From positions 682,001 through 746,000 of the forward strand of contig OZ218965.1 in assembly GCA_965112735.1 (NCBI GenBank): DNA of 64,000 bases, given 5' to 3'. The notes under the pieces were generated by a model. It was not told the origin of the DNA and searched no databases. It was given only the letters and a program-made list of their open reading frames with translations. This DNA is from Phaeosaccion multiseriatum. Taxonomy: Eukaryota; Protista; Ochrophyta, other classes. This document shows, in pieces, positions 22,816 to 34,821 of this stretch. Every line of letters starts with the position of its first letter. Position 1 is the stretch's first letter. A program made the position numbers and the translations under genes.

Positions 22816-24215
22816 CTGTGTGTGCGTGTATGTTAGGCTCTCCTGGTACATGGACCAACACGATACCATCTGTGATGTCTGACCCGATGATGCACCAACA
22901 CGTACAGGCGACACCAGCATCGCGGGCTGGCTGCTGCTCAAAACGCCGTACGACGCGGAGCACCAACGCATGTTCTGTGACCTCCACGGGAGCGAATTGC
23001 TTTATCACAAGCCCAGGGGGGAGGGCGGGGCGGAGTACGAGAGTGAGGCAAAGGGTTCCATTGACATGTCGAAGATTAAGCTTGTGGCCACGACGCGCAG
23101 CAGTGAGGAAGGACAGAAGGACCTGCGGATGGTGGACAATGACGGCCAGGTGAGAGAGGGGAAGGGGGTGAGGGGTGCGGGAGGAGGGAGGGGAAGGGAG
23201 GGGAGGCGTTGGATGGATGAGACATAAAACACACATACAGAGGGGCGGGCACCACGGGAACAGGATGACCTACAGAGACAGGCACAGGGAGAGGAAGAGG
23301 GGAGGGGGGCGTTGAGACGCCCCTCCTGCCCTTCCCTTCCCTTCCCTTCCCTTCCCTTCCCTTCCCTTCCCTTCCCTTCCCGTGGAGTGGAGACGGGCCC
23401 TCTCTACGTGTCTGCTGGGCGCCTCCGGACAAACCGGAACTGAAACTAAGGCTTGAACACCCCCGCCCCTCACCGCCCTTCACATCCACCCACACATACA
23501 CATGCACATGCACATGCACATGCACATGCATACACACGCACGCACTCACACACACACGCACCCTCGCCACACATACGCACACACGCACACCTACACGCAC
23601 CCGCCACCCACCCACCCACACACGCACGCACACATACCCACACACTCACCCACACACACACACACACGCACGCACGCACATATACCCACACACTCACCCA
23701 CCCACCCCCCCCCCCCCACACACACACACACGCACACCACCCACCCACCCCCCCATAACCAATCCACATGCGGACACTCACCCACACACACACGCACACC
23801 CACCCACCCACTCACCCCCCCCCCCCCCCACACACACACACACACACGCACACGCACCCCCTCCCCTGTCAGGTGTACCTCATCTCCGCTGCCACCGAGG
23901 CCGCCCTCTTCCGGTGGATGAAGAAGCTGTCCACCGCCCAAATCATCGGCCCCGAGAGCCGCACCTCGGGCAGCGCCGAACCCTCGGCCCCTTACCTCGT
24001 GTCTAAGTCAGCAAACTCGCTCACCATCATGTGGCTGCCTCCACGTCTGCCCTACCTCAACAGCGTCTTCTCCTTCCAAGTGGAGATGCGCGTGGGAGCG
24101 CCGCTGGTGAACCGCTGGCGGATCGTGGCGGATGAGGTGCATTCGACTAAGCTTGTGGTAAAGGGGCTGCAGTTTGGTGACAAGCACTACTTTCGGGTGA
24201 GTCAGGCGCGCGCGC

Positions 24216-24268
<53 letters not shown>

Positions 24269-25827
24269 TGTCCCTCTCCCTCTCTCCCTTGTGTCCCTCT
24301 CCCTCTCTCCCTCGGTCGCTTTCTCTCTCCATCTGTGTCTCCTTTCCTCTCCCTCCTTCTACGTGTGCGTGCATCTCTTTGTCAACCTCTCTCTATCGAC
24401 TCTCTCTCTGTCATACACACTCACCAGACGCCTTTCCCCCCACTCTCACCCTTCCCTCTCACCGTCTCGTCACCACCGCACCTCTCGTACACCCCCCCCC
24501 ACGCCCTCTCTCTCTACATCACAGGTTCGGGGCTACCACGAGCTGGACCGTGGCAACATGACCTGGGGAGAGTTCGGAGACACCAGCGAAGCCTTCGTAA
24601 CGGAGAGGGAGCTCAACAAGTCCAGCAAGCCCCCGGTGCACTTGTGGGTGCTTGTGCATGGGCTCAGAGGAGATCCGGATGATTTGGACTTTATGGCGGA
24701 GGCACTCAATACAAGGTGAGATAGAGATGGGACGGGTGAGGGTGAGGGGTGAGGGGTGAGGGGAGGATGAGTCAAATTTGCGCCGATCGATTGCCTCTTC
24801 CCCTCCCCTTACTCCCCTGGTGAGCTCTACTAACTCTCCTCCTACGCCCCCTGCCAACCCCCCCCCCCCTTCCCCAGGTTCAGCTACGACTCTGTGGTGA
24901 TGGTGTCCAAGCTGAACGGGGGCATGCTGCAAACACTGGACGGTATCGACGCGTGTGGTCAGCGCCTGCAGAGCGAGGTGGGTGCGTGTGGGCGTGCGTG
25001 GGTGAATGAATGAGTAGATGAGTGAGTGAAGGAGTGCGTATGTGCGTGCGTGCGTGCGTGCGTGCGTGCGTGTGGCGGGGAAGGGCATGCGTGCTCTCTG
25101 CGGGCCTTCAATCCACACTCAAATCTTCCACCCTGCATCCAACCACCTTCTGTCGCGGTTTGGCATAGTCTTTACTTACATGGCAATAGCGTTTACACCT
25201 TTGCAAGAAGAATACAAGACAAGACAAGACAAGAGAGGGAAGAAGACGCATCTGTCACCCTGACGCGACGTCCTGATGCTCTCTGTGTGTGCCCCGTTTG
25301 CGGTCGGTCCCTTTCGTATCCTTGGACTTGTCTTGTCTTGTGTGGCACAGGTGATGTTGGAGCTGGCGCGGCGCCCGAGCATCAAGTACCTGAGCTTTGT
25401 GGGGCACGGAGTGGGCGGGTTGTATATTCGATACGCCCTAAGGGGTATGGACGAGAGAGGAGGTAAATCGCAAGAGGGCGGGGGGGGGCGTCAGTTCCGA
25501 GGGGGGGGGGCGTCAATCCCGAGGGGGAAGGCGTCAATCCCGAGGGGAGGCGTCAATCCCGAGGGGGGAGGCGTCAATCCCAAGGGGAGGGGGGGGGGGT
25601 AAGAGTCAGTGCGTCAGTCCCGAGGGGCGGCGAGGCTTAGCGGGGGAGAAGGCGCAGGGTAGGGGGTGCAATTTGATTGGATTGAAGCCCCCTCAGGACG
25701 AAGGCTCGCATCACTGATCGCATCACTGATCGCATCACTGATCGCATCACTGATCGCATCACTGAGTGTCACGTACGTGTGTTATCCCCCTCTGTGCCTC
25801 CTTTCGTGTGTGTGTATCTCTCTGTCG

Positions 25828-25862
<35 letters not shown>

Positions 25863-26347
25863 GCCTGTCGACTCCCTTCAGCGTTTGTGGGAGGCCACTT
25901 GACGCCGCTCAACTTCATCAGCCTCGGCTGTCCTCACATGGGCACCAACCTCAGCAAGGGAGGGGTCATTGGCTTTGCTCTGGACAGGCCCACAACATCG
26001 CAGGTAAAAAGCATACAGGCATGAACAAGACAAGGGCTGTCACCACCTACCGCCCTACACCACCCTACCCCCCTCCCTCTATGACCACATCTCACCACAC
26101 CGTCGGTCCTGCCCCGTCCTGCTCTGTGCTGCCCTGTCGTGCTCCTTCAGCTCAAGCTCAAGGACGGAGACGCGCGACACCCTGACCCCGACAGGCACCC
26201 GCTGATCCTGCAGATGTGTCAGGAGTCGTACCTTCGGCCGCTGGAGCTCTTCCACCGGAGGGCGCTGTACTCCAATGTGCGCTTCGACTCGACGTAAGTC
26301 AGAGGGAGACAGAGAGGGAGAGGGAGAGAGAGTCAGAGAGATTGATA

Positions 26348-26380
<33 letters not shown>

Positions 26381-27480
26381 GTCAGAGAGATAGATAAGAG
26401 AGAGAGGGAGAGAGAGTCGTAGAGATAGATAAGAGAGAGAGAGAGGGAGAAAGACATGGAGATAGATAGATAGAGAGAGAGTCCCTGTCACCATCCGTCG
26501 AAAGGCCTTCCACACGCCCGTGCCTGTCTCTCAGCCTCGAGAGGCGCTCCCTCCCGACCCCAGCAATAGTCAAAGCGTCTCCTTCCTCCCTCCTCCTTTG
26601 GGCCTGGTACTCACGCACTCACTCACGCACTCATACTCGCTCACGTACGCAATCACCTACTCTTCACTCACCCACCGAACCAAGTTCGCTCTATCGTACA
26701 TCCACCCACCCACCCACTCCCTCCCTCTTGCTTGTAATGTGTTGTGCTGTGTGAAAGACTCACTCACCCACTCACCCACTCACCCACCCACCCACTCCCT
26801 CCCTCTTGCTTGTATTGTATTGTGCTGTGTGACAGTGTGGAGTACGCGAGCAGTGCCATCCGTGCTGAGAACCCTTACGAGGGTGTGTCCGACAGACACA
26901 TGCAGCAGCTCATCAGCCCTCACTACCAGCACATCCTTCTGGCCTCAGCCGCCAACAAGGGTAAGGAATATAAAGCCCCTCCTGCCGGAAGCAACCTTTG
27001 ACAAGTCCTGTGCCCCCCTCACCCCTCTCCCCTCTCCCTCTACTCCCCTCGCTTCTTCCCCACCACCCATCCTCCCCTCTCCCCTCTCCCCTCTGCCCAG
27101 GCTTCTCCGTAGTAGGGGCTGGAGGCATGGGGGGAGGAGGTGCCTACGCCAAAGACCTTGCCAACCTCTGCGGTCTCTCCTCTGTGTGGGAGATGGGAAG
27201 GGCCAGCCTGGACAGTGTGGGGTGGGAGCGTGTTGATGTGTTCAATCCGGACGGCCTTATGCCCTACGATGATTTGGTTGTGGCCTCTGACTGGAGGAAT
27301 GTAGAGGGCTTCGACACGGTGCGGCATCTTGTGGATCGATCCCTTGGCAAGCCCTCAGACGCGGAGAAGATTGCTCAGATGGATGCGGCGAGGGAGGAGG
27401 CGACCAGCTTTAATAGCAGCAGCTCCTCGGCTTCAGCAGCGGGGCTTCAAACCCAGCATATGGAGCAGAGCAGCCGATGA
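20326..27480 (+). CDS. SAM-PDZ-PH-FN3-DUF676 (alpha/beta-hydrolase, pseudo-lipase) multidomain protein, 14 exons
   Basis: Exons 20326-20544, 20791-20863, 21253-21757, 22145-22291, 22610-22779, 22908-23149, 23873-24196, 24525-24715, 24878-24977, 25351-25462, 25882-26003, 26151-26293, 26836-26960, 27101-27480, all GT-AG and phase-compatible. SAM: WNTKEICTWL..VNGGML..LSDIGL. PDZ: GKIMKGDFLLAANG..FPEAIQLL..LRLRF. PH: AGWLLLK..GSIDM..YLISAATEAALFRWMKKL. FN3: PSAP..SLTIMWLPP..VKGLQFGDKHYFRVRG. DUF676: HLWVLVHGLRG, TLDGIDACGQRL, LSFVGHGVGGL, NFISLGCPHMG, LYSNVRFDSTV. Confidence 0.85.
25488..25626 (+). repeat. Intronic ~20-bp tandem repeat GCGTCAATCCCGAGGGG(G)n
   Basis: About six copies read directly. 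Confidence 0.85.
25708..25764 (+). repeat. Intronic 12-bp tandem repeat GCATCACTGATC (~5 copies)
   Basis: Direct reading. Confidence 0.9.
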
Positions 27481-27773
27481 CGATGGCAGCCGATGGATGA
27501 CGACTGGCGGATGGCAGTCGATGGATGACTCCCGGACCGGACCGGGGCTGACTTTTACCCTCTGTAGCGGCATGGATAGGTGGATGGAAGGATGGCAGCT
27601 GACGGGCGGCCGGGACGCTATGTCCGAATTCAATCTCTACATTGCTTCTCTCTCATCTTTTTATTTTGTTTTTTTAATAGATTGTTTCTTCCCTTATCTT
27701 TTCTTCTCTTCTCTGATGGAATTAATGGAACTGAAAAGGTTTAGCACATGTTGTTTTTTGTTCCAATTAAAAA

Positions 27774-27939
27774 TTAAGGGTTGTCGTGCCACTCGGCGAG
27801 GGCGGCGAAGAGGCAATTGAACCTCTGCACCAGCTCGTCTCTGACCTTCCCCGAGGGGGCCTCTAGATCAAGGGACGCCCTGCCCCTGCCGATGGACGCT
27901 CCGTAATCGCTCGTGCTGTCCAGAAAGTCTCTGTGAGTG

Positions 27940-27975
<36 letters not shown>

Positions 27976-28088
27976 GAGGGAGGGAGGGGGAAGAGGAGGG
28001 TAAGGCTGGGCAAGGCGGACAAACTGCGGCGTACGAGCGAGTACAGGCTTTATAGGGCGCTCCACAGTCAACCCTCTCGCGCGCACAC

Positions 28089-28155
<67 letters not shown>

Positions 28156-31100
28156 ACACACTCACGCACGCACACACACGTACGCACTCACGTGGCAGCG
28201 ACCAGCGCGAAGCAAACGTTGGCATTTGGGGCCCTCTGGAGGGAGGAGGAGCACTTGCCGGGCACCGCTCGCAGCCCCTGCCGAGGGGAGAGAGAGGGTT
28301 AGAGAGTCAGAGAGTCAGAGAGTTAGAGAGTCAGATCAAGCGCTACAACTTCGCCTCTCTTTCGCATGGACAGCTGGGGGATTGTGTGCGCGCGTGTGTG
28401 TGTGCGTGTGTGTGCGAGTGTGTGCGTGTGTGCGCGAGTGGGCAAGGAGCAAAAGGAGTCATTGCACTCAATTGTGCAACTGCAAACGAAGCCCTCCTCT
28501 CCTCTCCCCTCCAATATTATATCGCCACCACAACCATCAGGAACTTGCTGACAAGACTGAGCTGAGACGATGACGATGAACCTATCATTCTTCCATAAGA
28601 ACATACTTCGTACGTACCTCCGTGGGCATGGCGGTGCTCTCCTTGTCGTTGAAGGCCCTTCCCGGAGCCGTGTAGAAGATCATCCTCCCATCCGGAGAGA
28701 GCCTCACCACGCGATGATGAGGCTTGCCCTTACGGCCCCACTTAAGCAACGACACCCCTCCCGACAGCTGAGCGGCAAACTCTCTGGCCTCCGCATTGCC
28801 CAGCAGGTCAGAGCTCAGCCTCCGTGGGCGCGTGTGTGCCGCCGCTTGCGCCACTATATTAGGATTGGGACTGTCCTCTCCACCGACGGTCCTGACACCA
28901 GTGCCGACGGTCCTGACACCAGTGCTGCCGCTGCTGCTCAAGGCGCGCTTCCCCTTTCCCTTCCTGCGCAGCAAAGAGCCGCTCAGCCCGAAGGACCTCT
29001 TGCCGGGCCACGTGCTTGACATGTTGGTGGTCGCGGGGGGCGTGTCTAGTTGCCAGCTGTCACCCCCTCCCTCGCCCTCCCCTTCCTCCCCCCCCTTCCC
29101 CCCCTCCGCGACTTGCCGTGCCAACGACGCGGCGGCTCCCTCTGCGTCCCCCTCCTCCCCCCCGCGTCCCACCGTCTCCTCGTCCTCCTCTCCGGTGGTC
29201 CTCTCCTCCTTCTCAGCTGCCGTAAGGTGCTTGCCCTGCCCCGCTCTCTCTGCCACATCACCTCCTTTGGTCTCCAACCCATCCTCATTATCATTGCCGT
29301 TACTAATGTCATTGCTTGAGTCTGGGGAGATCCTCCCGGCTGCCCCTCCACCGTGATGATGTCCGTCACCGCCGCTCACCCGCCGAGTCCTCCCGAGCAG
29401 CTTGACCTTGGCGAGGCGGTGTGAAAGCCTTTGCAGGGAGGGGCTACCCTGCCCATTGCCTGCATCTCCTCCTCCCCTCCCTCCCCCCCCCCCCCCTCCT
29501 CCTCCTCCTCCTCCTCCTCCTCCTCCTCCTCCTCCTCCTTCTCCGCATGCTGTCGGAGGGACCCCCCCGCCTTGTTGGGTGGTGGGAATCGACGCCTTGT
29601 TCAGGAGCGCCACGTTCAACTTGTCCTCCTCTTGCTCCTCTACCTCCCCTTCCTCTTCGCCGTTCTGCTGTTCCTTCTCCCGCTCCTCCTTCGCCTCCTG
29701 CTCCTCCTTCTCCTCCTCCTCCTCCTCCTCGTCCTCCTCCTCCTCCTCCTCCTCCTCCTCCTCCTGCTCCTCCTCCTCCTCCTCCTCCTGCTCCTCCTCC
29801 TCCTCCTCCTCCTGCTCCTGCTCCTGCTCTATGATGCCCGCACCACTACTGCTCCTGCCACCATGTCCTTCCCCCGTCCTTTGCTCTCCCCCCTGCTGGT
29901 GAGGCCCTTTGAGTACGTCTTCCTCCACTTGTGTTACGCTCACTCCTTGCGCCTCCTCCTGCTCCTCTTCCTGCTCCTCTTCCTGCTCCTCTTCCTCCTG
30001 CTCCTCTTCCTGCTCCTCCTCCGCCTCCTGCTCCTCCTCTTCCTGCTCCTCTTCCTGCTCCTCTTCCTGCTCCTCCTCCTCCTGCTGCTCCTCCTCCTCC
30101 TCCTCCTCCTCCTCCTCCTCCTCCTCCTCCCCCCCACCCCCCCGTGCTCTACCTATCCAACTCGCGTCATCGCGGGTCTTCGCCAGCATTGATCTGTCTG
30201 CGGCACTATGGCACAACGCCGAGTAGGACCCCCCCTCTGCTGCTGCTTGTCTCGCACAACCCCGCCCTGCTGGCAGAGGAGAGGGATGCGCCATAACCGC
30301 CGCTTCTGATGCTATTGCAGGGGCCCGGTCCGCCGCCTTCACCGAGCCCCTTCGGACAGGGGAAGACTCAGCTGCAGTCCTCTCTGCCCCCCCTCCCCCC
30401 CCCCCCCAACCACCACCACCACCACCACCTCCTCCTCCTCCTCCTCCTCCTCCTCCTCCTCCTCCTCCTCCTCCTCCTCCTCCTCCTCCTCCTCCTCCTC
30501 CTCCTCCTCCTCCTCCTCCTCCTCCTCCTCCTCCTCCTCCTCCTCCTCCTCCTCCTCCTCCTCCTCCTCCTCCTCCTCCTCCTCCTCCTCCTCCTCCTCC
30601 TCCTCCTCCTCCTCCTCCTAAGCGTCCCTCCTCCCCATCCCCTTCCCCGTGCTCTATCCCCTTGCCGCCCGACCGCAGGCTGTCCAACGCCACCGCCAAT
30701 GCCTCGATGGTTGCCTCCTTGGCCTCGGCCTCCCTCCTCCACTCGAGTGCGTCCTTCTCTGCCTGGGCCAGCATGCTGTACGCGCCCGCAGCACTCACCA
30801 GAGAAGCCTTTGCTTTCCCGAGCTCCTCCTCGAGCGCCGCTGCGCGTTGGATCCACGCCTGACTGCACGCAAGTGTGCTTCGCTGCTCGCTCAGCAGCTC
30901 CTCAGTGCGAGCCCTACGGAGTGTTTTAGAGGAGCAGAGAGCAGAGAGCAATGGGGGCCAAGAGCAAAGAGCAAAAGAGCAAAGAGTAGGGTCGCATCGT
31001 GGGGGCAGAGGAGAAGGCCAGAAGGGGGACCGCAGGGCGTGAGCGCTGGTGGGGAGAGCAGGCGTAGCGACTCATCTCCCCTATTAGCAATGATGCAGTA

Positions 31101-32153
31101 AGAAGGGAGAAGACATGGTGACTTACCGGTGCGCCTTCCTCTCCCTCTCTCTGGAGGCCTCCCTTTTGAGCAGGGCCCTCTCCATACCCAACACCTGTGA
31201 CAGAGAGGCGCTGTGAATGCTCTTTTCTCCTCCAGGTGAGACGTGTGTGACGTACGTGGCCTTTGTTGGGTGCCACGCCACCCCAAAGTCCCCAGCACAG
31301 CGCGTATAGTACAGAGGGCTGACTCCCCCTCCCTTCCCCTCCACCCCCACTCACTCACTCACTCACTCACTCACTCACTCACTCACTCACTCACCTGCTT
31401 GGCCAAGGTGGCGGACCGCTCCCCACTGCTCTTGAGATCCTTCTCCAGCTGCAGCTGGTGCTGCACCCCCTCCCTAACCTTGACGAGCACATCCTTGAAG
31501 AGAGCCTTGACGCGCTCTTGACTCCCTCGGGCGCTGCCCAGCTCGCCCTCCAAATCTATTATACATACAGGAAGACAGGCAGTCAGCAGAGGAGAGACAC
31601 CGGGATAGGTAGTCTCGTCAAAGGGGCCGCGGTGTTGCACGTCCCCCTTCTCACCTTTAATGATCTTGCTTGCCTTCGCGAGGCGGCGTTGATAGTACGC
31701 CGTACACAGTTGCACCATTTCATCTTGTTCGTCCCCTGCCCCCCCTCTCGATCTCTCCCTTTCTCCCTCGGCTCCGACGATGCCGTACCACTCACGCGTT
31801 GTGTCCAGCGCATCATCCATGCCAGCACCGACGCCTCTATGACCAGCAGCGCCCTCGCACTCTTCCGCCTCCCCACCATCACCAAACCTTGCTGCGCAGG
31901 GCAGTGGTGGAGCCGCTCTGCCGCCGCTCGTGGCGAGTCCCTTATCAAAGTACCCCTCCCATTCTCTGTCATATGGCGATTGCTGCATCTTCCCACTTCT
32001 CCTCGGAGATTTTCGCTTGGAGGACATGACGTGCTGCTGCTCCTCTTGCTTGTCTATGGCCTCTTGCAGCTGCCGGAGAGCCTTCTGTCGCTGATATCGG
32101 GCTTGTATCATAGCCTGCGTCGGTGGAGGCGCACGCAAAGAAGCGCGCCCCAT
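27774..32153 (-). CDS. Coiled-coil, low-complexity (poly-Gly/poly-Glu) protein with C-terminal PH domain (PRAF/PLC-like PH); start uncertain
   Basis: Phase-compatible exons include 32153-~31655, ~31555-31395, ~31194-31127, ~30913-28618, 28277-28192 and 27930-27774. PH motifs: GVSLLKWGRKGKPHHRVVRLSPDG..IFY, CFALV, SLDLEAPSGKVRDELVQRFNCL. Confidence 0.7.
30409..30618 (-). repeat. Coding (GGA)n/(GGT)n run = 70 consecutive Gly
   Basis: 210 nt in frame within ORF 28585-30951. Confidence 0.85.
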
Positions 32154-32952
32154 GGTTGTATTTTTTTACACTGCACCCGATCGGGGAAACAGTTACAAAT
32201 TCGGTCGTTGGTTGTCAGTAGGGTTGGCGACTGCCCTGACCTAAAGCTTCCCGGCTCTTGAGGCACTGCGGCAGGTGTGTGTGCACTGTGGCTCTGCTTG
32301 CGGTGTAGGAGTGACTTCTCAATGAGTTCGGGCCTCTTTTTGTTTGGGCCCCCTGCAGAACAAACAAAGGCCTCAGCTTTTGCCAGAGGCCTCCAGAGGC
32401 CTCCGCGGTGATCCACCACCCGGTGGAGAGGCTTTCTACCCACTCGCTGCCGACCTCGAGAGTGAGATTCAAAGAAGAGGACTCAGGAATTTCGCCAGTG
32501 GTACAATAGCGTCGGGCAGAAGCCGCTTCGAAACGCAACAAGCGAGGAGAAATGCCCACGATATTCGATGGGAAGGAGACGGTCTCAGTTTGACAGAATG
32601 GTGCGAAGCGGCACTGGGAGCGGGCGTGTAAGAGTGGAGGGGGAAGAAGCAGTCACCAAATTTACAAAGAGCAAGCGAGGAAATTCACATACCGGCTTGC
32701 TTCCGGCTGTACATGGCGCCCCTGAGCCTTCCATTTCGTGAAAACAAAAACAAAAAGCAAGAAAACCCCACGAAGTCACTCTGAAAATTATGCTTCATAG
32801 TACGTGCTCCACAACCACACTCCCATCGCTCCGTATGTCCGCCTACCCAGCTGCCTCTCTCAACAGCGGGCAGCGAGAGAGAGAGAGAGAGGGCTCTCCC
32901 TGCCTCTCCAAACCAGCCGACCGACCGCCTCACTGCCAGCCGACCGACCGCC

Positions 32953-34772
32953 TCACTGCCCCCCGTTGGCTGCCGAAGGGGCTGCTGCTGCTGCTCCTGC
33001 TGCGGTACCCGCGCCTTGCGCTGCACGGGTGAGAAAGTGCACATTGGCGGTCAGCGCCTCGATGGCGGCCGTCTGCCGGTCCATATACGCGCCCACCCGC
33101 GCCTCTCTACCGCTGCTGCCCCCCACCCCCCCAGCCTCTGCTAGTGCCAACCCGGAGCCAGACTCAGAGCCGTATCCAGCAAACCCCCCGCCTCCTCCCC
33201 CTCCTCCCCCTGCCGCCTCCGCCAGACTCACAAGGACGTGACTGAGCGGAATGCCCGCCATGTCCATCAAATGAGTGCTCGTCATGAGCTTCTGTACCGC
33301 CGCCATCTTACCCCCCACGGCACTGGCGCCACTCCCTACCCCCCCCCCTCCTAACTCCTCCCTCAATAGCTCCTCCTTAGCCGCCACAACCGCCGACTGC
33401 GCGTGTTTCAGCACATCTGTGGTCGCCTCCACCCCCGACTGGCGCTCGTCCAGGACTGCGGTGGCGGCATCGATCTGCAGTTGAACCTCTCTGCGCTGCA
33501 CCCCATGCTCGCCTGACGGTTACCAATGCACACACACGCACGCACACACGTCAGTCAGTCATAGAGAAAGCAATGATTGGCTCGTGTATACCACACACGT
33601 CAGTTAGTCATAGAGAAAGCAATGATTGGCTCGTGTATACCACACACGTCAGTCAGTCATAGAGAAAGCAATGATTGGCTCGTGTATACCCTGGAAAGGG
33701 AAGGAGAATCAAGCACAAGAAGCGACTGCAGTGTATGCCATAGGCGGTCTGAGCTCGGCTCGGCTCTGGGCTGGGCGGGCGGTATCGCATGCCCCTCCCT
33801 CATAAGCAAGAGAGGGCAAGGAAGAGCAAGTCACATCCCTCGAACCGCCATGCCATACCGCCATGCCATACCGAACGAAGTAGAGCCCCCCCCTCGTCCC
33901 TCTCCTCTTCCCTCGCTCTCTCACTCTCCCACTCACTCACTCACTCTCTCACTCCCTCCCTCACTCTCTCACTCTCTCAGTCACTCACTGACTCACTGAC
34001 TCACTGACTCAGTCACTCACTAACTCAATGACTCACTCACTCACTGACTCACTCACTCACTCACTCACTCACTCACTCACTGACTCACCTGATTCCTTAG
34101 CCTCCCCCATAAGGGCGGTCTCTCTCCACTTGCTCAGCTGTAAAGCGTCCTTACGGGCCTTCTTCTCTCTCCCAACACGCTCTCTGCAGGGCCACACACA
34201 GACAGCCACGGCAAGGTACCAAGGGGCAAGCAGGCACAGGAAGAGGAGGTGAACGGCGCGGGTGAGTAGTGAGAGGCACTCTAAGGTTCTAAGGTAGATA
34301 AATCACCAATCAAGGGGAGGAGGAGGAAGGAGGGGCCAGCACGCACAGCAGCAGAAGAGGCGGGCAAAGAAGAAAGACAAAAGAGAGGAGAGAGAGCCTG
34401 CCTGCTAGCCTCGCCCGACCCCCACGGAATGGACGTCCTCACATTCCCTCCCTCCCCTCCCTCCCGAGTCCTCTGCTGGTGCTGGTGGTGCTCGTGGTGC
34501 TCGTGGAGCTACTTAAGACAGACCCACCTCTCTGTGTACACTTGCTTGACTGCTTGATGGGCAGCAAGAACAGAGCCCTCCGCGAGCTGCTCCAAGGCAA
34601 GGGCCATGTCCATCTCGACATCGACATCGACATCGACATCGACATCGACATCGACATCGCGGCCTTCGAGATTGTCGGCACCTTCGACATTGGGACCTCC
34701 CTCCCGGGAAAGGCCCTCGCCCCTCTTGCGAACATAGAGCTCCAGGCCCTCCTCAGCCTCCTGTGACGTGCG

Positions 34773-34821
<49 letters not shown>

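Noticed and set aside
27774-33501. PH gene as the C-terminus of the myosin
   Set aside because: The myosin last exon ends in a stop at 32953 followed by 3'UTR-like sequence, and the PH gene has its own ATG-initiated ORF. Read-through splicing is not supported, though not excluded without cDNA.
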